Source: Schizochytrium sp. TIO01 (lineage: Eukaryota > Protista > Bigyra: Labyrinthulomycetes). Taken from it: DNA of 64,000 bases. Below are positions 14,240 to 26,178 of the stretch, one piece after another. The translations under genes were made by a program, and so were the position numbers. The stretch spans positions 1,588,436 through 1,652,435 of the forward strand of contig SMSO01000031.1 in the NCBI GenBank assembly GCA_004764695.1. The letters run 5' to 3'. Under the pieces are notes generated by a model. It was not told the origin of the DNA. It made no database searches and saw nothing but the letters and a program-made list of their open reading frames with translations. How positions within the stretch are numbered: position 1 is the stretch's first letter; each line of letters opens with the position of its first letter.

Positions 14240-15376
14240 ATGGGTGCCTGTGGATCGTCCATGAGCGCTGAAGAGCAGCAGGCTCTTGCAACCAACCGCG
14301 CCATCGACAAGATGAACCGTGATGACTACCACTCGGATCAGAGCAAGATTAAGTTGCTCTTGCTCGGCGCTGGTGAGTCTGGCAAGTCGACCATCTTTAA
14401 GCAAATGAAGATTCTTTATGGCACTGGCTTCGGTCAGCAAAGCCCTGAAGAGCTCACACGCTGGGAGACTACGGTCTACAACAACATCCTCGTCAACTTC
14501 AAGACTCTTTTGGACAACATTGAGGAGTATAACGATCCTTCTCTGGAGGAGAAGGCTGAGGAAATTAAGAGCCTTTCTGTAGGCTCCACCTCTGTCATCG
14601 ATGAATCCGTCGGTGAGATGCTGATTGCCATCTGGGAAGACGAGGGTGGCCAGGATGCTTGGCACCGCCGCTCTGAATTCCAAATTCAGGATTCTCTCAA
14701 GTACTACATGGACAATATGCACCGCATTATGAGCGATGATTATGTCCCCAACGAGCAGGACATCCTCCGTACTCGTGTGCGTACCTCAGGTATCGTTGAA
14801 GAGAGCTTTAAGATCGACAACGTCCTCTTTGAGTTTTTCGATGTTGGTGGCCAGCGTAACGAGCGTAAGAAGTGGATCCACGCTTTCGACAATGTCACTG
14901 CTGTGATCTTTGTTGCTGCAATCAACGAGTACGACCAACACCTCTTCGAAGACAACACCATGAACCGCATCGATGAGGCCGTCATTCTCTTTGACGAAAT
15001 CTGCAACTCTCCCTTCTTTCGTCAGACTTCCATGATTCTCTTCCTCAACAAGAAGGACCTCTTCCGTGAGAAGCTCGCTGAGGTTCCCTTTCGTGTTGAT
15101 GATGGTCCTGAACCGCGTTTCACTGATTACATGGGTCCGGCCATTGACTTTGGCGGACCTAACTCCGAGATTGGATCGCCGGGCTATGAGGAAGTTTATG
15201 AGGCCAGCAAGCGCTACATCTTGCAGCTGTTTCTCAACCGTAACCGTGATAGAACAAAGGAGATCTACCACCATGTTACCTGCGCCACAGACACATCTAA
15301 CATCTCTGTCGTGTTCAATGCCTCAAAGGACATTATCCTCCAACGTAACCTTAAGGGCTCCGGCTTCGCTGTGTAA
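14240..15376 (+). CDS. heterotrimeric G-protein alpha subunit
   Basis: MGACGSS myristoylation/palmitoylation N-terminus; GAGESGKST P-loop; RVRTSG; DVGGQRNERKKW; NKKD; TCATD. Confidence 0.98.
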   Translation: MGACGSSMSAEEQQALATNRAIDKMNRDDYHSDQSKIKLLLLGAGESGKSTIFKQMKILYGTGFGQQSPEELTRWETTVYNNILVNFKTLLDNIEEYNDPSLEEKAEEIKSLSVGSTSVIDESVGEMLIAIWEDEGGQDAWHRRSEFQIQDSLKYYMDNMHRIMSDDYVPNEQDILRTRVRTSGIVEESFKIDNVLFEFFDVGGQRNERKKWIHAFDNVTAVIFVAAINEYDQHLFEDNTMNRIDEAVILFDEICNSPFFRQTSMILFLNKKDLFREKLAEVPFRVDDGPEPRFTDYMGPAIDFGGPNSEIGSPGYEEVYEASKRYILQLFLNRNRDRTKEIYHHVTCATDTSNISVVFNASKDIILQRNLKGSGFAV

Positions 15377-16649
15377 CTGGCTTCTCGCTATTCAACCCAC
15401 ATTGGTCGGCGAGTCTCTGCGATTGTGACTAAACGACTCAGGCTCTCTATTCAAGATTCCTTTGCAAGAGAGAAAGAAAATTATACCTCAGGTAAAAATC
15501 ATAGAAATTCCCTAGCGGATTTCGACAACTACGTTCCCTCCTCCGTCAAACACCAAAAACCAAAATGCAAAACCAAAAAAACATCCATTCTTAAAACAAC
15601 GGGACGAAGAAGAGGACGAGGTAGAAAATGTTGAGGCGCACTTTCTGTCATTCGTCCACCACGTACCTTAATCCCCATCACCTTTAGTCTCGCCGATGGA
15701 AGGGCTCATCGCTTCGTGCAGGAGCCCAGAGTAGTCCTTATCAATACGTGTTACACTACGTTTGTGTCTCGTGAAAGGCGCATACTTTGTTGTTTCGTTT
15801 TGTGAAGTGAAGTGATGCTCATTTTTTCGCGGCCGCATTAGGTTCGCCAAGGAAAATGAAGCTTCAACTCGTTCATCATTACTTTGAGAAAACACATGTG
15901 TCGTCTGCGCGTTGCTGCTAGTGTAGTAGTGTATCAGTCTGCTGGGGCCGTGTTGCAAGCAGATTTGGCATAGTAGAGTTTGTGAGTTCTATTGACGAAT
16001 TCATCTACGTCGGTCATCACTGCCTCGTTTTTCTGTTGTGTAATGCTCTTGACAATGAACTACTCAGATGCAATCTTTTCTATCAGTTGCATCGTTCGGG
16101 TTTCCCTCATCTTTTCCTTTCTGTGCCCAGCCTCATTTATTTGTGTGTCCATTCTCGTCTATTCTGTCTCGTTGTATAACCTTCTGCTCAAGTGCGGCAC
16201 TTGTCTCACACCTTTCCATTCATTTTCCTCATTTGACACCTTTTCAAACCCGGAAATAACACAACCAACTTTTGTTCTCCTTCGTATTTTCATTTTTTCT
16301 TTGTTTTGCTCTTGCTATTTGTGTCTTACTTACCGCGTTTTCCAGCTCATGCACTTGGTTGCAAAACGCAATAGGCGTTTTGTAATATGTCACACTCCGG
16401 ATAGCTCTTGTTATAGGAACTATTCTACGTTTACTTTTGCAGCTAGTGCAACACCCTCTACATTCCGTCCTTACACTCTGTTTATCAAAACCCCTGAGAG
16501 ATTCAAATGGTGCAGAATAACTCATATCAGTCTTAGCATGCGATGTACTGTTATGTGATAAAACTTCAAGCATTAACAATGTGTAGACAATGGTTTAAAA
16601 ATAGCTATGATGGCTGTCTATGAAAGACTGTGAGGAAAATTTTGCTTTA

Positions 16650-18275
16650 AAGTGAACACCTGTTAGTTGCGTGGAAACACTCGTGATATTCATTACGAGA
16701 ACGACAACCCGTTAAGTTATGACTGATGTGATAATAAAGAATATTCAGCCATGTCGACGAGTCATTGTATAAATATGCAAGCTTAACGATACAGAAACCT
16801 AGGTGAAAAATAGTTGCTATTGAGGTAGAATAGTTCATACACATCGATTTAGCCATACATGTACAGTTTTTAGCTTACATGGTAGCATGTTGATAGCTAA
16901 AAGCTAACCGCTAATCAACCAGAGGTTAAATAGGAAGATGAAAGTTAAGGTGTTTGGAGTACAAGATCATACATAATAAAGGCGGTGTATACTTAGGCTT
17001 GTGAAGTTAGTGATCTGCTGACGATGTTGATGAACACCTAAATGGGTTGGTTCATCATATTCTAATTTCGACATTTACAAGACTTGACTTGTATTACACA
17101 AAACTCAAAGGGTATGGTTAACTTGTTTCCTTACCACTAATTTAGGTCTTCTCTTGCATGATCCCTTGAATTCCGAAGTACACCTTGCTGAGATCTCCAA
17201 TCGAAGGAACTAGTGGACAAGACATTGCTAGAGTTCTTGGTGTCCCTTTGTAAAACCCATTAGACATAAGGTTTACAATAGAGCAAAAATAGGCAGCCAG
17301 ACTCATGTGGCTGCCAGAGTCAAGAACTTGAAGTGTGAATACACATTACCTACATCCAAGATTGGTGTGACTTGAATCGATGGTTGGAGATGTTGAATTA
17401 ACCTAACCCCATCGATTATCTCTAACTACTTTCAAGAATGTCATAATCTCCCTAATTACTACATGAATCCATCTGCTCTGGAATCCATTCTCCAGGACAG
17501 CAGTTCGCTAATTCATAAATCAATTTTCTTAAAGCCTTCATCAAGCCTTCTACCTTCATCATCACAGTCAACCTCAAGCTAATAAGTATCACCTTTCAGC
17601 ACACCTTCACTCTTGAGCGTCCTTAGTCTCATACCTTAGTATCTGACAATTACATTCTTATCTTATTCAAGTCCTTCTACTTCTTTGGTACTTATAATAG
17701 TGTACCAAGAACTCTGGTAATGCCTCGGGCAGGCGATTGGTAATCTTAGCATGTCTGTATTGCAAGTTATCTATACACTATTACTGTTGCCCACAAATGA
17801 GACCAAGGACTCACAAACTTTGTTTCTTTTCCTTTTCATACGTTTTCAAGCTATTAAAAAGGCACACTCTTATGATCACCTTCCTTAGTCAGCCTCTAGC
17901 TTGGCACGTTTCGATTTTCAATATATCCACATAACTATAAGTCTCAGAGCCTACTTTACCGTAAGAACCATTGTTATAGTGCGTATTCGAAAGAGAAGAA
18001 GATATAGCTAGACATATTTGATAACTTAACTATGCACAACAATCAAGTGTCTTTATGGCCTTCTTGGCATGTTAGAGATTAGAGTTTGAATTTAAAAGGA
18101 GCAATAGACTCTCAGACTTGAGAAAGTTTACTTAATCATTGAGGAGCAGCACAATGATTGTCTATCACCAACAGTCCTTGCAGCCTAGCATTATAACTCG
18201 TGGATTTAGTCATGGACTCACAGATTAGAAGATCACTAAATCAGCAATATAAACAAAATAGAACTTTATTGAAAG
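16650..18275 (+). pseudogene. decayed nuclease-kinase paralogue (relic A)
   Basis: 17186-17599 is collinear DNA homology (inverted) with 60286-60703 and with 35968-36650. Peptide remnants: LLVAWK ~ LYDAWQ, KYA, KIGVT*IDG ~ GYGIITSG, ILQDSS..KAF..NLKL ~ FLQSS..KEF..ELKL, RLEFEFKRSNRL ~ RFKLEVRALRRL, IITRGFSHGLTD ~ IVTDVCGHSLSD, NRTLL ~ NKTLL. Confidence 0.6.
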
Positions 18276-18425
18276 GGCCCATATCCAGTTTCCAGTCCTA
18301 ACAGTATGCCGAGATAGATAAGGATACAAGGGATTGTAATAAAGTTCTCCCAAAGCAGTATTAACAGAAAGTGAAATACTAGTAAAATGAATTGAGTTAT
18401 AATCGTCACGAGAATGTCATAAGGT

Positions 18426-19133
18426 TCAGAAAATTTCAGGCTGTTTCACTTCAGCAAGTAGGATCGCGAAAACTTCCTGTGAAAAGGAATCATCAAAACG
18501 TACTTCCTGACTGAGGTGAAGTGGTTCAAATCCTACTCTTGCTGTTGTACCGAAGCTGGCACTAAATTGCTCGCTGCACTTAAGCTGGTGGAGTAAATAG
18601 CCATGTGGTTGTCCAGCAGGGGAGGTTGGCTCAGCGAGTATGTTTTTAATCTTGTTGCGAATAGCTACTACGCCACGGCGACGATGAGGGTAGTTCACAT
18701 TGAATCGAAACGCGATTTCTGCCCAAAATGTTCGATTCGTGAAAGGGCCATAGGATTTGCTTTTGTCACTACTGAGAAAAGGACGCTGGAAATCGCAAAC
18801 CAAACATTGTAGAATGAACCGCACCTCGGCTTCTTCAAATCTTTGGTCTGATGTTAAAAGTGTCTGAAGCATTGCCTTGATGATCTTTGGCCATTCCCGG
18901 GCCAGGCGTTGCGCGGAACACCTCAGGTCCATTTGATGAACCAGCTTGTCAAGCTCGTCGATTTTCAGATTAAGCATAAGCAAAGTTTCGAGTACAAGCA
19001 CAATTGTTGCCAAGTCGTGGTCTTGGAGAGGCTCACCGCGTACAAATTTTTGAAGAAGAAATACTTCAGCAGGATGTACCACGCGCAAGTTGCACGACTT
19101 AAGGTATGCAAAAATCCAGTCCCAAGGCATCAT
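18426..19133 (-). CDS. hypothetical protein with a Myb/SANT-like (trihelix) domain
   Basis: About 235-aa ORF from the first ATG at 19133. FEEAEVRFIL...FWAEIAFRFNVNYPHRRRGVVAIRNKIKNI matches the W..IA..(F/L)N...R....(I/V)RNK pattern of Myb/SANT-like domains. Confidence 0.55.
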   Translation of the reverse strand: MMPWDWIFAYLKSCNLRVVHPAEVFLLQKFVRGEPLQDHDLATIVLVLETLLMLNLKIDELDKLVHQMDLRCSAQRLAREWPKIIKAMLQTLLTSDQRFEEAEVRFILQCLVCDFQRPFLSSDKSKSYGPFTNRTFWAEIAFRFNVNYPHRRRGVVAIRNKIKNILAEPTSPAGQPHGYLLHQLKCSEQFSASFGTTARVGFEPLHLSQEVRFDDSFSQEVFAILLAEVKQPEIF

Positions 19134-19430
19134 TGGTGATATCAAGGGAGACTATTATATGATGGCGGCAAATGCGTGTATGGGATTTGCTACCTTCTTC
19201 TTGGACATCCAGCAAGAGGCGTCCATCATAATACCATATTTATATCGTTGTATTTTTCCAGCAGAAGTCTAGAGACTCAAGGCGCGCGCAGCCAAATTTC
19301 CTACATCAAGCGTCATCTTCAAAGTCCCGTATCGCTAATTTGGGAGAGAGGTAGCCCAAAAAGTGTTCATTGAATGGAAGATTTCATAGCTTACTAATAT
19401 ATATGGGTTAAACTTATGATATACCATCGT

Positions 19431-19511
19431 GGGGCGATGCCCGAGTGGTTAAGGGGATTGACTAGAAATCAATTAGCGTCAGCTGCGTCGGTTCGAGTCC
19501 GGCTCGCCTCG
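19431..19511 (+). tRNA. tRNA-Ser(AGA)
   Basis: Acceptor GGGGCGA/TCGCCTC; anticodon arm ATTGA-CTAGAAA-TCAAT; long variable arm; GTTCGAG T-loop; poly-T terminator. Confidence 0.97.
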
Positions 19512-19689
19512 ATTAATTTTTTCTACCTTTTTATTTTTTTAACATATGTCCAATATTAAAAAAAATAAAAAGAATAGACTGAACGCTGCGGCTCTCAAGT
19601 AATGGAGATAGTCACAATCGTTAAGGTCATTCATGGCAAAGGTCTTGTTGGTGGAACGTAACATTTCTCCAGAGCTTAAGCTGTAAAGC

Positions 19690-20515
19690 ATAATCCGTGA
19701 ACTTTGGCGTGAAGTCAAAGACATCAAGCTCCGCAGACTTACCGAATTGGCTGAAGTGATCCTATCCGACCGAGTGCAGGCCGATGTATATTAACAATCA
19801 CATGAAGCAATCAGCCACGGGGGGGTGTCACATCGCAAACTCGAATCACTGACATTTTCTTTCTTTCTTGAAGTGCCTACTCCAAGAGGTCAAGTTGCAG
19901 ATGCGTGATTAAATGTTCTTCTTAGCATTTAAGAATGCCTTTAGCTCGATGAATCAGACTAGTGAATTATAAAATCTCATGGCGATGTTTCAGATGAGGC
20001 AGCCTTCTTTTAAAAAGCTCATTTCTTAGAATAACAATGATAGGAAGTACTTCAAATAAAAACCATGCAGCTTTACAATGGTGGTATAAAGTTCTCGAAT
20101 GATTCCTCATTTAAAAAAGACTACGAGACATAAAAATCTGCAGCTTCAAAGTCTGTAGAGGCGAAACTAGGAATTCGATCACCTTTAGAATAATGATGGA
20201 CGCAAGACGGCATTTCCTCTTAGCCATTTAGTGTGTGAAATCTATGACACGGCCCGTGATACTACAACTGGAACTAAAAAGCAATTCTTCCCTTTTTGAT
20301 GATTTAAGGATAACAAGGTACACTGATATGATCCCCAATAAGAGTGGTGTCACATCATGACATGGAAAGTGTTTAAGGTGTAGGTGCCTCAAGCTATAAT
20401 GCTTCTGTTATATCAGGAGTCTAGAGTCAAGAAATTCAAGTGAAGACGGGAGTAAAATTTGTAAAATGGTGTTTTGTTGATAAGTGTTAAAGTTCTTGAA
20501 TTCTATGGTGCATGC
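19690..20515 (+). pseudogene. probable decayed nuclease-kinase paralogue directly downstream of tRNA-Ser
   Basis: IIREL ~ IIRKL, LSDRV (exact), FFLE ~ FWLE (same frame), IPHLK ~ VPHMK, LELK (exact), EDGSKI ~ DDGSVI, EFYG ~ EVYS; collinear. Confidence 0.45.
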
Positions 20516-20641
20516 ATGGAGAAAAGGCGAGTGTACAGACGCTTTTCGGACAATGTGTATTGTCAATCGATCCTTCCGAGTTAACTTTTGACGACTTCAT
20601 ATCTAAAGATGTACACGAGGCTCAATGATTGATGTTTCAGA

Positions 20642-22621
20642 TTAACGCTTGCCGCGGTGGAGCACGTAGAGGGAGACTCCAAACAGGATTTGGAAGAACA
20701 TGCCAAACGCCCAAACAATGACAAGATCGGTGCCAACCACGGTATCCTCCATGTTGAAGAACTCGAGCACAGCTTCTCCACTGGGAAACTGAGTGGAGTC
20801 AAACTTTTCGATGGGGCTGAACTCGTTATAGAAGAAGACACGAAGCTCATAGGTGTGGAAACCAATGTAGTGAACCCAGATGAGCCAAGGGGGGATGTCA
20901 TCCTTGACAATGAGAAATCCACTGCAAAGCATCATCATACCGTTGAGACCAGCAGCAAGTGCAATACCAATGATGTAATGGGGGGAGATGGATCCAACAA
21001 AGTATACCATGGACTCAGCGGTAAGGAGAGAAACAAAGAGGGCAGCCAGAAAGACTCCAAAGCCGTTCATGCCAGCGAGGGGGACGACACAGGCAGTAGA
21101 TACGAGAGCAATCATGAAAATACCAGGCCACATGCAAACATAGTGTGCAGAAGCATATGCCAGCGCAGTGTACATTCCGTTTGCACGCTCACGTACAAAG
21201 GTCGAACGCTCCTCAACGATGAAAGGGAGAACTGCTACACTCATGAAGACCAAGAAGGCAGCTACATAAAAGAGGGAAGCCGTGCGGGAGTTGATACTAG
21301 TGGGGGTAATCTCGTCTCCGAGACCGAGGTACATGAGACCAATCATTAAGCACAAGCCAACGTACATGACGAAGCGCACCCAGTAAATGCCGGGGTTGCG
21401 AATGTTGTTGAGCATATTACGTTGGCAAAGGAATAGAAAGTCAGAGAAGAAGCCACAAGTCTTGGACGGCGCAGGGGCAACTTTGACATTCTCATACAAA
21501 GATGCCTCGGTGTTCAGCATGTTATCGATGCTGGCCTTGTTATCGATGCAAAGCTGGCTGGATCGGTAATGCTGCGAAAGATTTTCGGGATCTGCCTTGA
21601 CAGAAAATCCCTTAAAGTCAGTGTTCACGATAGTAATGAGGAAGTCAGCAGGGTTGCTGTAAGCCGGACAGGCGTAGCCAAGAGTGGTGAAGTAGTTCAC
21701 AGCTTCAGAAGCTTTGCCAAGGTAAAGGGTGTGACCCCGACTCATGAGCATGAACTTATCAAACATGGCCCAGACTTCAGAAGAGGGCTGGTGAATAGTA
21801 GTAACGACCGTGTGGAGACGGCGAGTAAGTTGCCGCAGGAGACTAATGACACGGTAAGAGGATGCGGCGTCAAGGCCAGATGTGGGTTCATCAAGAAGCA
21901 GAATGGCAGGATGGCTGAGGAGCTCGATGGCGATTGAGAGACGGCGCTTCTGTCCACCGGAAAGACCCTTGCGAAAGATATCACCAACCATGGTGTCGAT
22001 GACATTGGAAAGACCCATTTCTTCAACACAATCGTTCACACGCTTGTCGAGCTCCTGTCGGGAGATGCTGTAACCATAGTGGAAGCGAGCTGCGAAGGTG
22101 AGGGTTTCGCGAACGGTGAACTGACCCATGAGTGTGTCTTCCTGGGCAACGTAAGAGAGTACACGGCTGCGGTCTTGGTGGCTGAGCTTCTGTCCACCAT
22201 AGAGGACCTCACCCTTCATTTTCTTGGCAGTAGTACGGCTGGAGAGAACGTCGAGGCAAGTGGTCTTACCACTACCACTGGGGCCCATAATGGCCAGAAG
22301 CTCTCCGGGCTTTACGAGGCCACTGGTTGGCTGTACAATGATCTTGTCCTTGCGCTTCTTGGTGCCATTTTCTCTGTCGATGGCGGACACGGTGACTTGA
22401 ATATCGCGCCAGATCAAGCTGTGCGGCTTACAGTTGATGGTGCCATTCTCTACGCCCTCTTCAAGTTCCTTGGGGCTAAAGTCAACACTAAGATTCTGGG
22501 GCAGGCTTGTCTGCACATTAAGATCATTGTCATCAAGGGATCCGCTTGATCCGGAGGATCTCGAATCGGCGGGCGTCACAATTCCTATTGCGCCCTTGGA
22601 CATGGACTCGTCGCCGATCAT
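20642..22621 (-). CDS. ABCG (white-like) half-size ABC transporter
   Basis: NBD-TMD order; Walker A GPSGSGKT; signature LSGGQ; Walker B LLLDEPTSGLD; TIHQP; NPADF; C-terminal hydrophobic TM helices with an ER..F.RE motif. Confidence 0.97.
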   Translation of the reverse strand: MIGDESMSKGAIGIVTPADSRSSGSSGSLDDNDLNVQTSLPQNLSVDFSPKELEEGVENGTINCKPHSLIWRDIQVTVSAIDRENGTKKRKDKIIVQPTSGLVKPGELLAIMGPSGSGKTTCLDVLSSRTTAKKMKGEVLYGGQKLSHQDRSRVLSYVAQEDTLMGQFTVRETLTFAARFHYGYSISRQELDKRVNDCVEEMGLSNVIDTMVGDIFRKGLSGGQKRRLSIAIELLSHPAILLLDEPTSGLDAASSYRVISLLRQLTRRLHTVVTTIHQPSSEVWAMFDKFMLMSRGHTLYLGKASEAVNYFTTLGYACPAYSNPADFLITIVNTDFKGFSVKADPENLSQHYRSSQLCIDNKASIDNMLNTEASLYENVKVAPAPSKTCGFFSDFLFLCQRNMLNNIRNPGIYWVRFVMYVGLCLMIGLMYLGLGDEITPTSINSRTASLFYVAAFLVFMSVAVLPFIVEERSTFVRERANGMYTALAYASAHYVCMWPGIFMIALVSTACVVPLAGMNGFGVFLAALFVSLLTAESMVYFVGSISPHYIIGIALAAGLNGMMMLCSGFLIVKDDIPPWLIWVHYIGFHTYELRVFFYNEFSPIEKFDSTQFPSGEAVLEFFNMEDTVVGTDLVIVWAFGMFFQILFGVSLYVLHRGKR

Positions 22622-24673
22622 CTTTCTTGAATTGATTGGTCGCTTTCAACTAGCGAATTTCGGTTTTGCTGACGATGCCATTGCTGCTCCTGCCGCAAGT
22701 CAAAGTTCTTGTACCGTCTACTACTCCACTTACACAGTCCTTTACTTTCTACTTACTTGCTTGCTAGTCCTTACAATAAGAACCAACTTTTTCTTCCTTC
22801 TCTCTCTCGCTCTCTGTTTCTCCCATCTATTAACATTTTCCTAGGACTAAAGAGTGTTTTTTGTTTTTTTTGTTTTTTAATAATTGAAAATTCTTCCTTC
22901 ACAATGCACCTTCTTTTTCTTTTATGAGAGGGAAGAATTTAAAAATACCAGGTACTAAGTTCTTTCTCAACAACAATTTTAATTTAATTTCATCTTTTGT
23001 AAGAGCCGCATGCTCAGTTTCAAACAAACAACCTCCACGACTGTTTCGTTTCTCTTCATAGATGCCGACTCCCCCACAATGTTATTCTCCTCTCTTCTCC
23101 TCTCTTCTCTTCTCCACCGATCGTTGCGGCTTTCAGTCGATCTCTTAACCTCCTCATCGCACAAATAAACCCATCCATCCATCCATCCATCATGCGCGCC
23201 CTGCTTTGATTGCATGTGTATTAATCAATCAATCAATCTATCTATCATGAAGACCTTTTCAAAACTTTGCAAAACTTTTCCTCGTCTACTCAACTGAGGA
23301 AATGAACCATAATGAATGGATAAATGAATGAGTCCATCACTCCAAAGCTGTCTTCGACTGCTTTTCTGATTGGTCCAACCCTCATCTTTCCTTCATTCAT
23401 TCCTTCATTCATTCATTCATTCATCCCTTCACCAACCCATCATCGCACTTCTTGAAAACAGCTTTAGCTGACTTTTGGTGCAAAGCCGAATGCACAAGAG
23501 TGACTCCGCATTGTCACCAAAACCACACGCGCTGCTTTTCTCTTCTGGCCTTTTGGAAGCGCCTTCTTTTCTCTCTAGAGTGTTCTCTAGTGTACTCGTC
23601 GTTTGAAAATGTCTTGAAAGGATTTTCATATGTTATTAATTCAAACCAATAAACAAACAAATAACAAATGAATATATAAATAAATAAATAAATAAATGAA
23701 TGAATAAATGAATGAAAAGTAAGGGGTGCTAACTATACCTACTTAATTACCTACTAAACTCAAAGTCAGTTTCCGAGTCAGTAAGTTGGCCAATCAGTTA
23801 GGAGTCAATCCCTTTTCAGCCTTGGCTTTTCGAGGTAAGGAAAGAGGAGAGGGCGATGGGAATGACGCTCTTCTTTTCTTCGACTCGTTTGCTTAGCTGG
23901 TCGAGTGAATCCCTCTGCGATGAAAGGGCGAATGAATGATCGAAACCTCTTTCGGCGCGCTCCTTTTGGGTTGGGGTCTTACGTTGGTTGGCTTTGCGAA
24001 AGTAGACCTTTCGCCGTCCTGGAAGTGGTAAAAGAAGTGGGTAGAAAGAGAAAAGGAAAGAAAGTGGTATCTCGTAAGTACCTTCCTTCTTCTCTTTTCT
24101 TTTTTTTTTCAAGATTGCTCTATATTTGAAGCATAACTACAATATTTATATATTAGTGAAGTAAATAAGAAGAATCACAGCAACGCGGCCTTTTTCTTCT
24201 TCTGTCTGTTTACTAATGCGAGATGGCCCTCCCAAATCACCATCTTGCATCTTACGCCTCCTTCGAGCGTGAAAAACGCGTTGGCTAACCTAGAACTACC
24301 TCTAGAGAAGGTTTTGTTCTTTTCTTTTTGAATAAATAAATGAATGACTCGGAATGAATATAATAAACAAATCATCACATAGTCAAAATTTAGTTTAAGT
24401 TTGATTAAAAGAGACAGACATCCTCGGAAGTCGATCGATCTCTTCTCTTCGATGGACTCTCTTTCTTCGATGGATGCCTTTCTTGAAAGAGAGACTCGAA
24501 CGCTCTGCGCACAACCGCCGTTCTACTCCACATCAGCCGTCCGCTCTTCGGACAGACAGACAGATAAGCAACCAAAAAGACAGACAAACAAACAGCGTAA
24601 TCCATAACATGCTGGTGGCAAAGGGTACTTCGAAGAATGAATGATTCACCTCTCAAGACAACTCGAAGAGGTC

Positions 24674-24674
<1 letters not shown>

Positions 24675-24712
<38 letters not shown>

Positions 24713-24715
24713 TTC
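24675..24715 (+). repeat. (TTTC)n microsatellite
   Basis: Direct observation. Confidence 0.85.
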
Positions 24716-25778
24716 TTTTAAAATTGGAGGCCAAACGAAAACAGAAAAAGCTGCTGCTGCTTCCGCGAAAGAACGAACGAACCTCTTCGACCGAATAAGA
24801 GGGAACTTCTCTCTCGCTTTCCTCCTTTCCTGCCCCTTCCGCCTTCGAGCTCAAGCTGCTTTCAAGTGGCTGTGACGACGAATGAACAGAATAACCTGTT
24901 CATACTTTCCGCCCGGACAGCAAAGCGCAGAAGAAAAGGCGTTTTTTTCCTTTGTTTTTATTGATTTGTTTGTTTATCTGTTTGTCCTTCAAAGTTTTTC
25001 AATTAAATCCATGAGTCCATATATGTATGTATGGTTTCATCAAGATTAAAATTTCCTCAGTTTGTTTCTTCACCTGTTTGTTTGATTGTTTGTTTGTTTG
25101 TTTGTTTGTGCGATCGAAAGCACGAGCCGAGGCCCCGGATTGCACAAGGCCGGCTGCTTCAGGGACTGCAGCAAAGCCAGCGCTCTCTGCATTTCTGCGC
25201 TCGCGCCGCGGACCCGGAGCAGCATACAACTGTACTTTTCACGGCGTTTATCGTTCAAGCTCAATCAATCGATCAATCAATCGATCAATCAATCAATCAA
25301 TCTATCGCTACTTTCTTTCAGTCAGTCTGTTCTATGAAACTTGATTGATAAGTAGAATAGATTGATAAGATGCAATTCGCAAGTAAGTGAAGTCTGATAG
25401 CTCGAGAAGGGCCCAGCTAAGAGGCGGCGCCTATTGCGCTTACTGTAGGCCACGAATCCGCCGAAGAATCCAAAGAACTCCTGAGCTCTCAACAACGCCA
25501 TCAATGCGCTTGAGCGAAGCAAAACCAACCTGGACTTGACTTGTTTGGAGCCTCGCGTACTCAGTATATTCTTTATGGCTGTCTTCTGTGGCCTACTACT
25601 TCCCCCTACGCGCGTACTAAGTGCCAGAAATTACTCTTTTCCCCCTTCCTTCGTCTTATTCTAATTCTAATTTTTTATAAAATAATAATAATAGTAATAA
25701 TAAAAGTAAAAACACGCCCATGATATCATAGATACTAAGAACCTATGCAGTATAGCATCAAAAGCCCCTATTTCCTGC

Positions 25779-25820
25779 ATGTATGTATGTATGTATGTAT
25801 GTATGTATGTATGTATGTAT
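25779..25820 (+). repeat. (ATGT)n microsatellite
   Basis: About 10 perfect units. Confidence 0.9.
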
Positions 25821-26077
25821 CTCCTCTGTGCTTTCGTTTGTGTAGCATCGAAGACTTCGTACACATTCATCCATTCAATTCAATTCGAAGATGTCCCTCA
25901 CGCAATGGTGAGAAAGAAGGCTCGCGGCTTCCTTCCCCTCTCCTGAGCAGCCTCCCTTCCTTCCTTTTCTCCTATCTTCCTTCCTTGCGGAGCCAGGGCC
26001 GTCTTCGAAGAGGAGCGGAGAAGGCACAGGAAGAGGACTTCATTCATTCGAGGCGGTTCTTCGATTGGAGTAGTCAT

Positions 26078-26178
26078 TCTTTCAAGTTATTCTATCTTTC
26101 AAGTTATTCTATCTTTCAAGTTATTCTATCTTTCAAGTTATTCTATCTTTCAAGTTATTCTAACTTTCAAGTTATTCT
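26078..26178 (+). repeat. 17-bp minisatellite TCTTTCAAGTTATTCTA x~6
   Basis: Five perfect units plus one variant unit. Confidence 0.9.

Noticed and set aside
15992-16558. 188-aa hydrophobic ORF
   Set aside because: Non-ATG start, T-rich composition explains the hydrophobicity, and there are no family motifs.
20657-22549. Plus-strand ORFs of 122-230 aa over the ABCG gene (and similar minus-strand ORFs over G-alpha)
   Set aside because: Antisense shadows of real CDSs.
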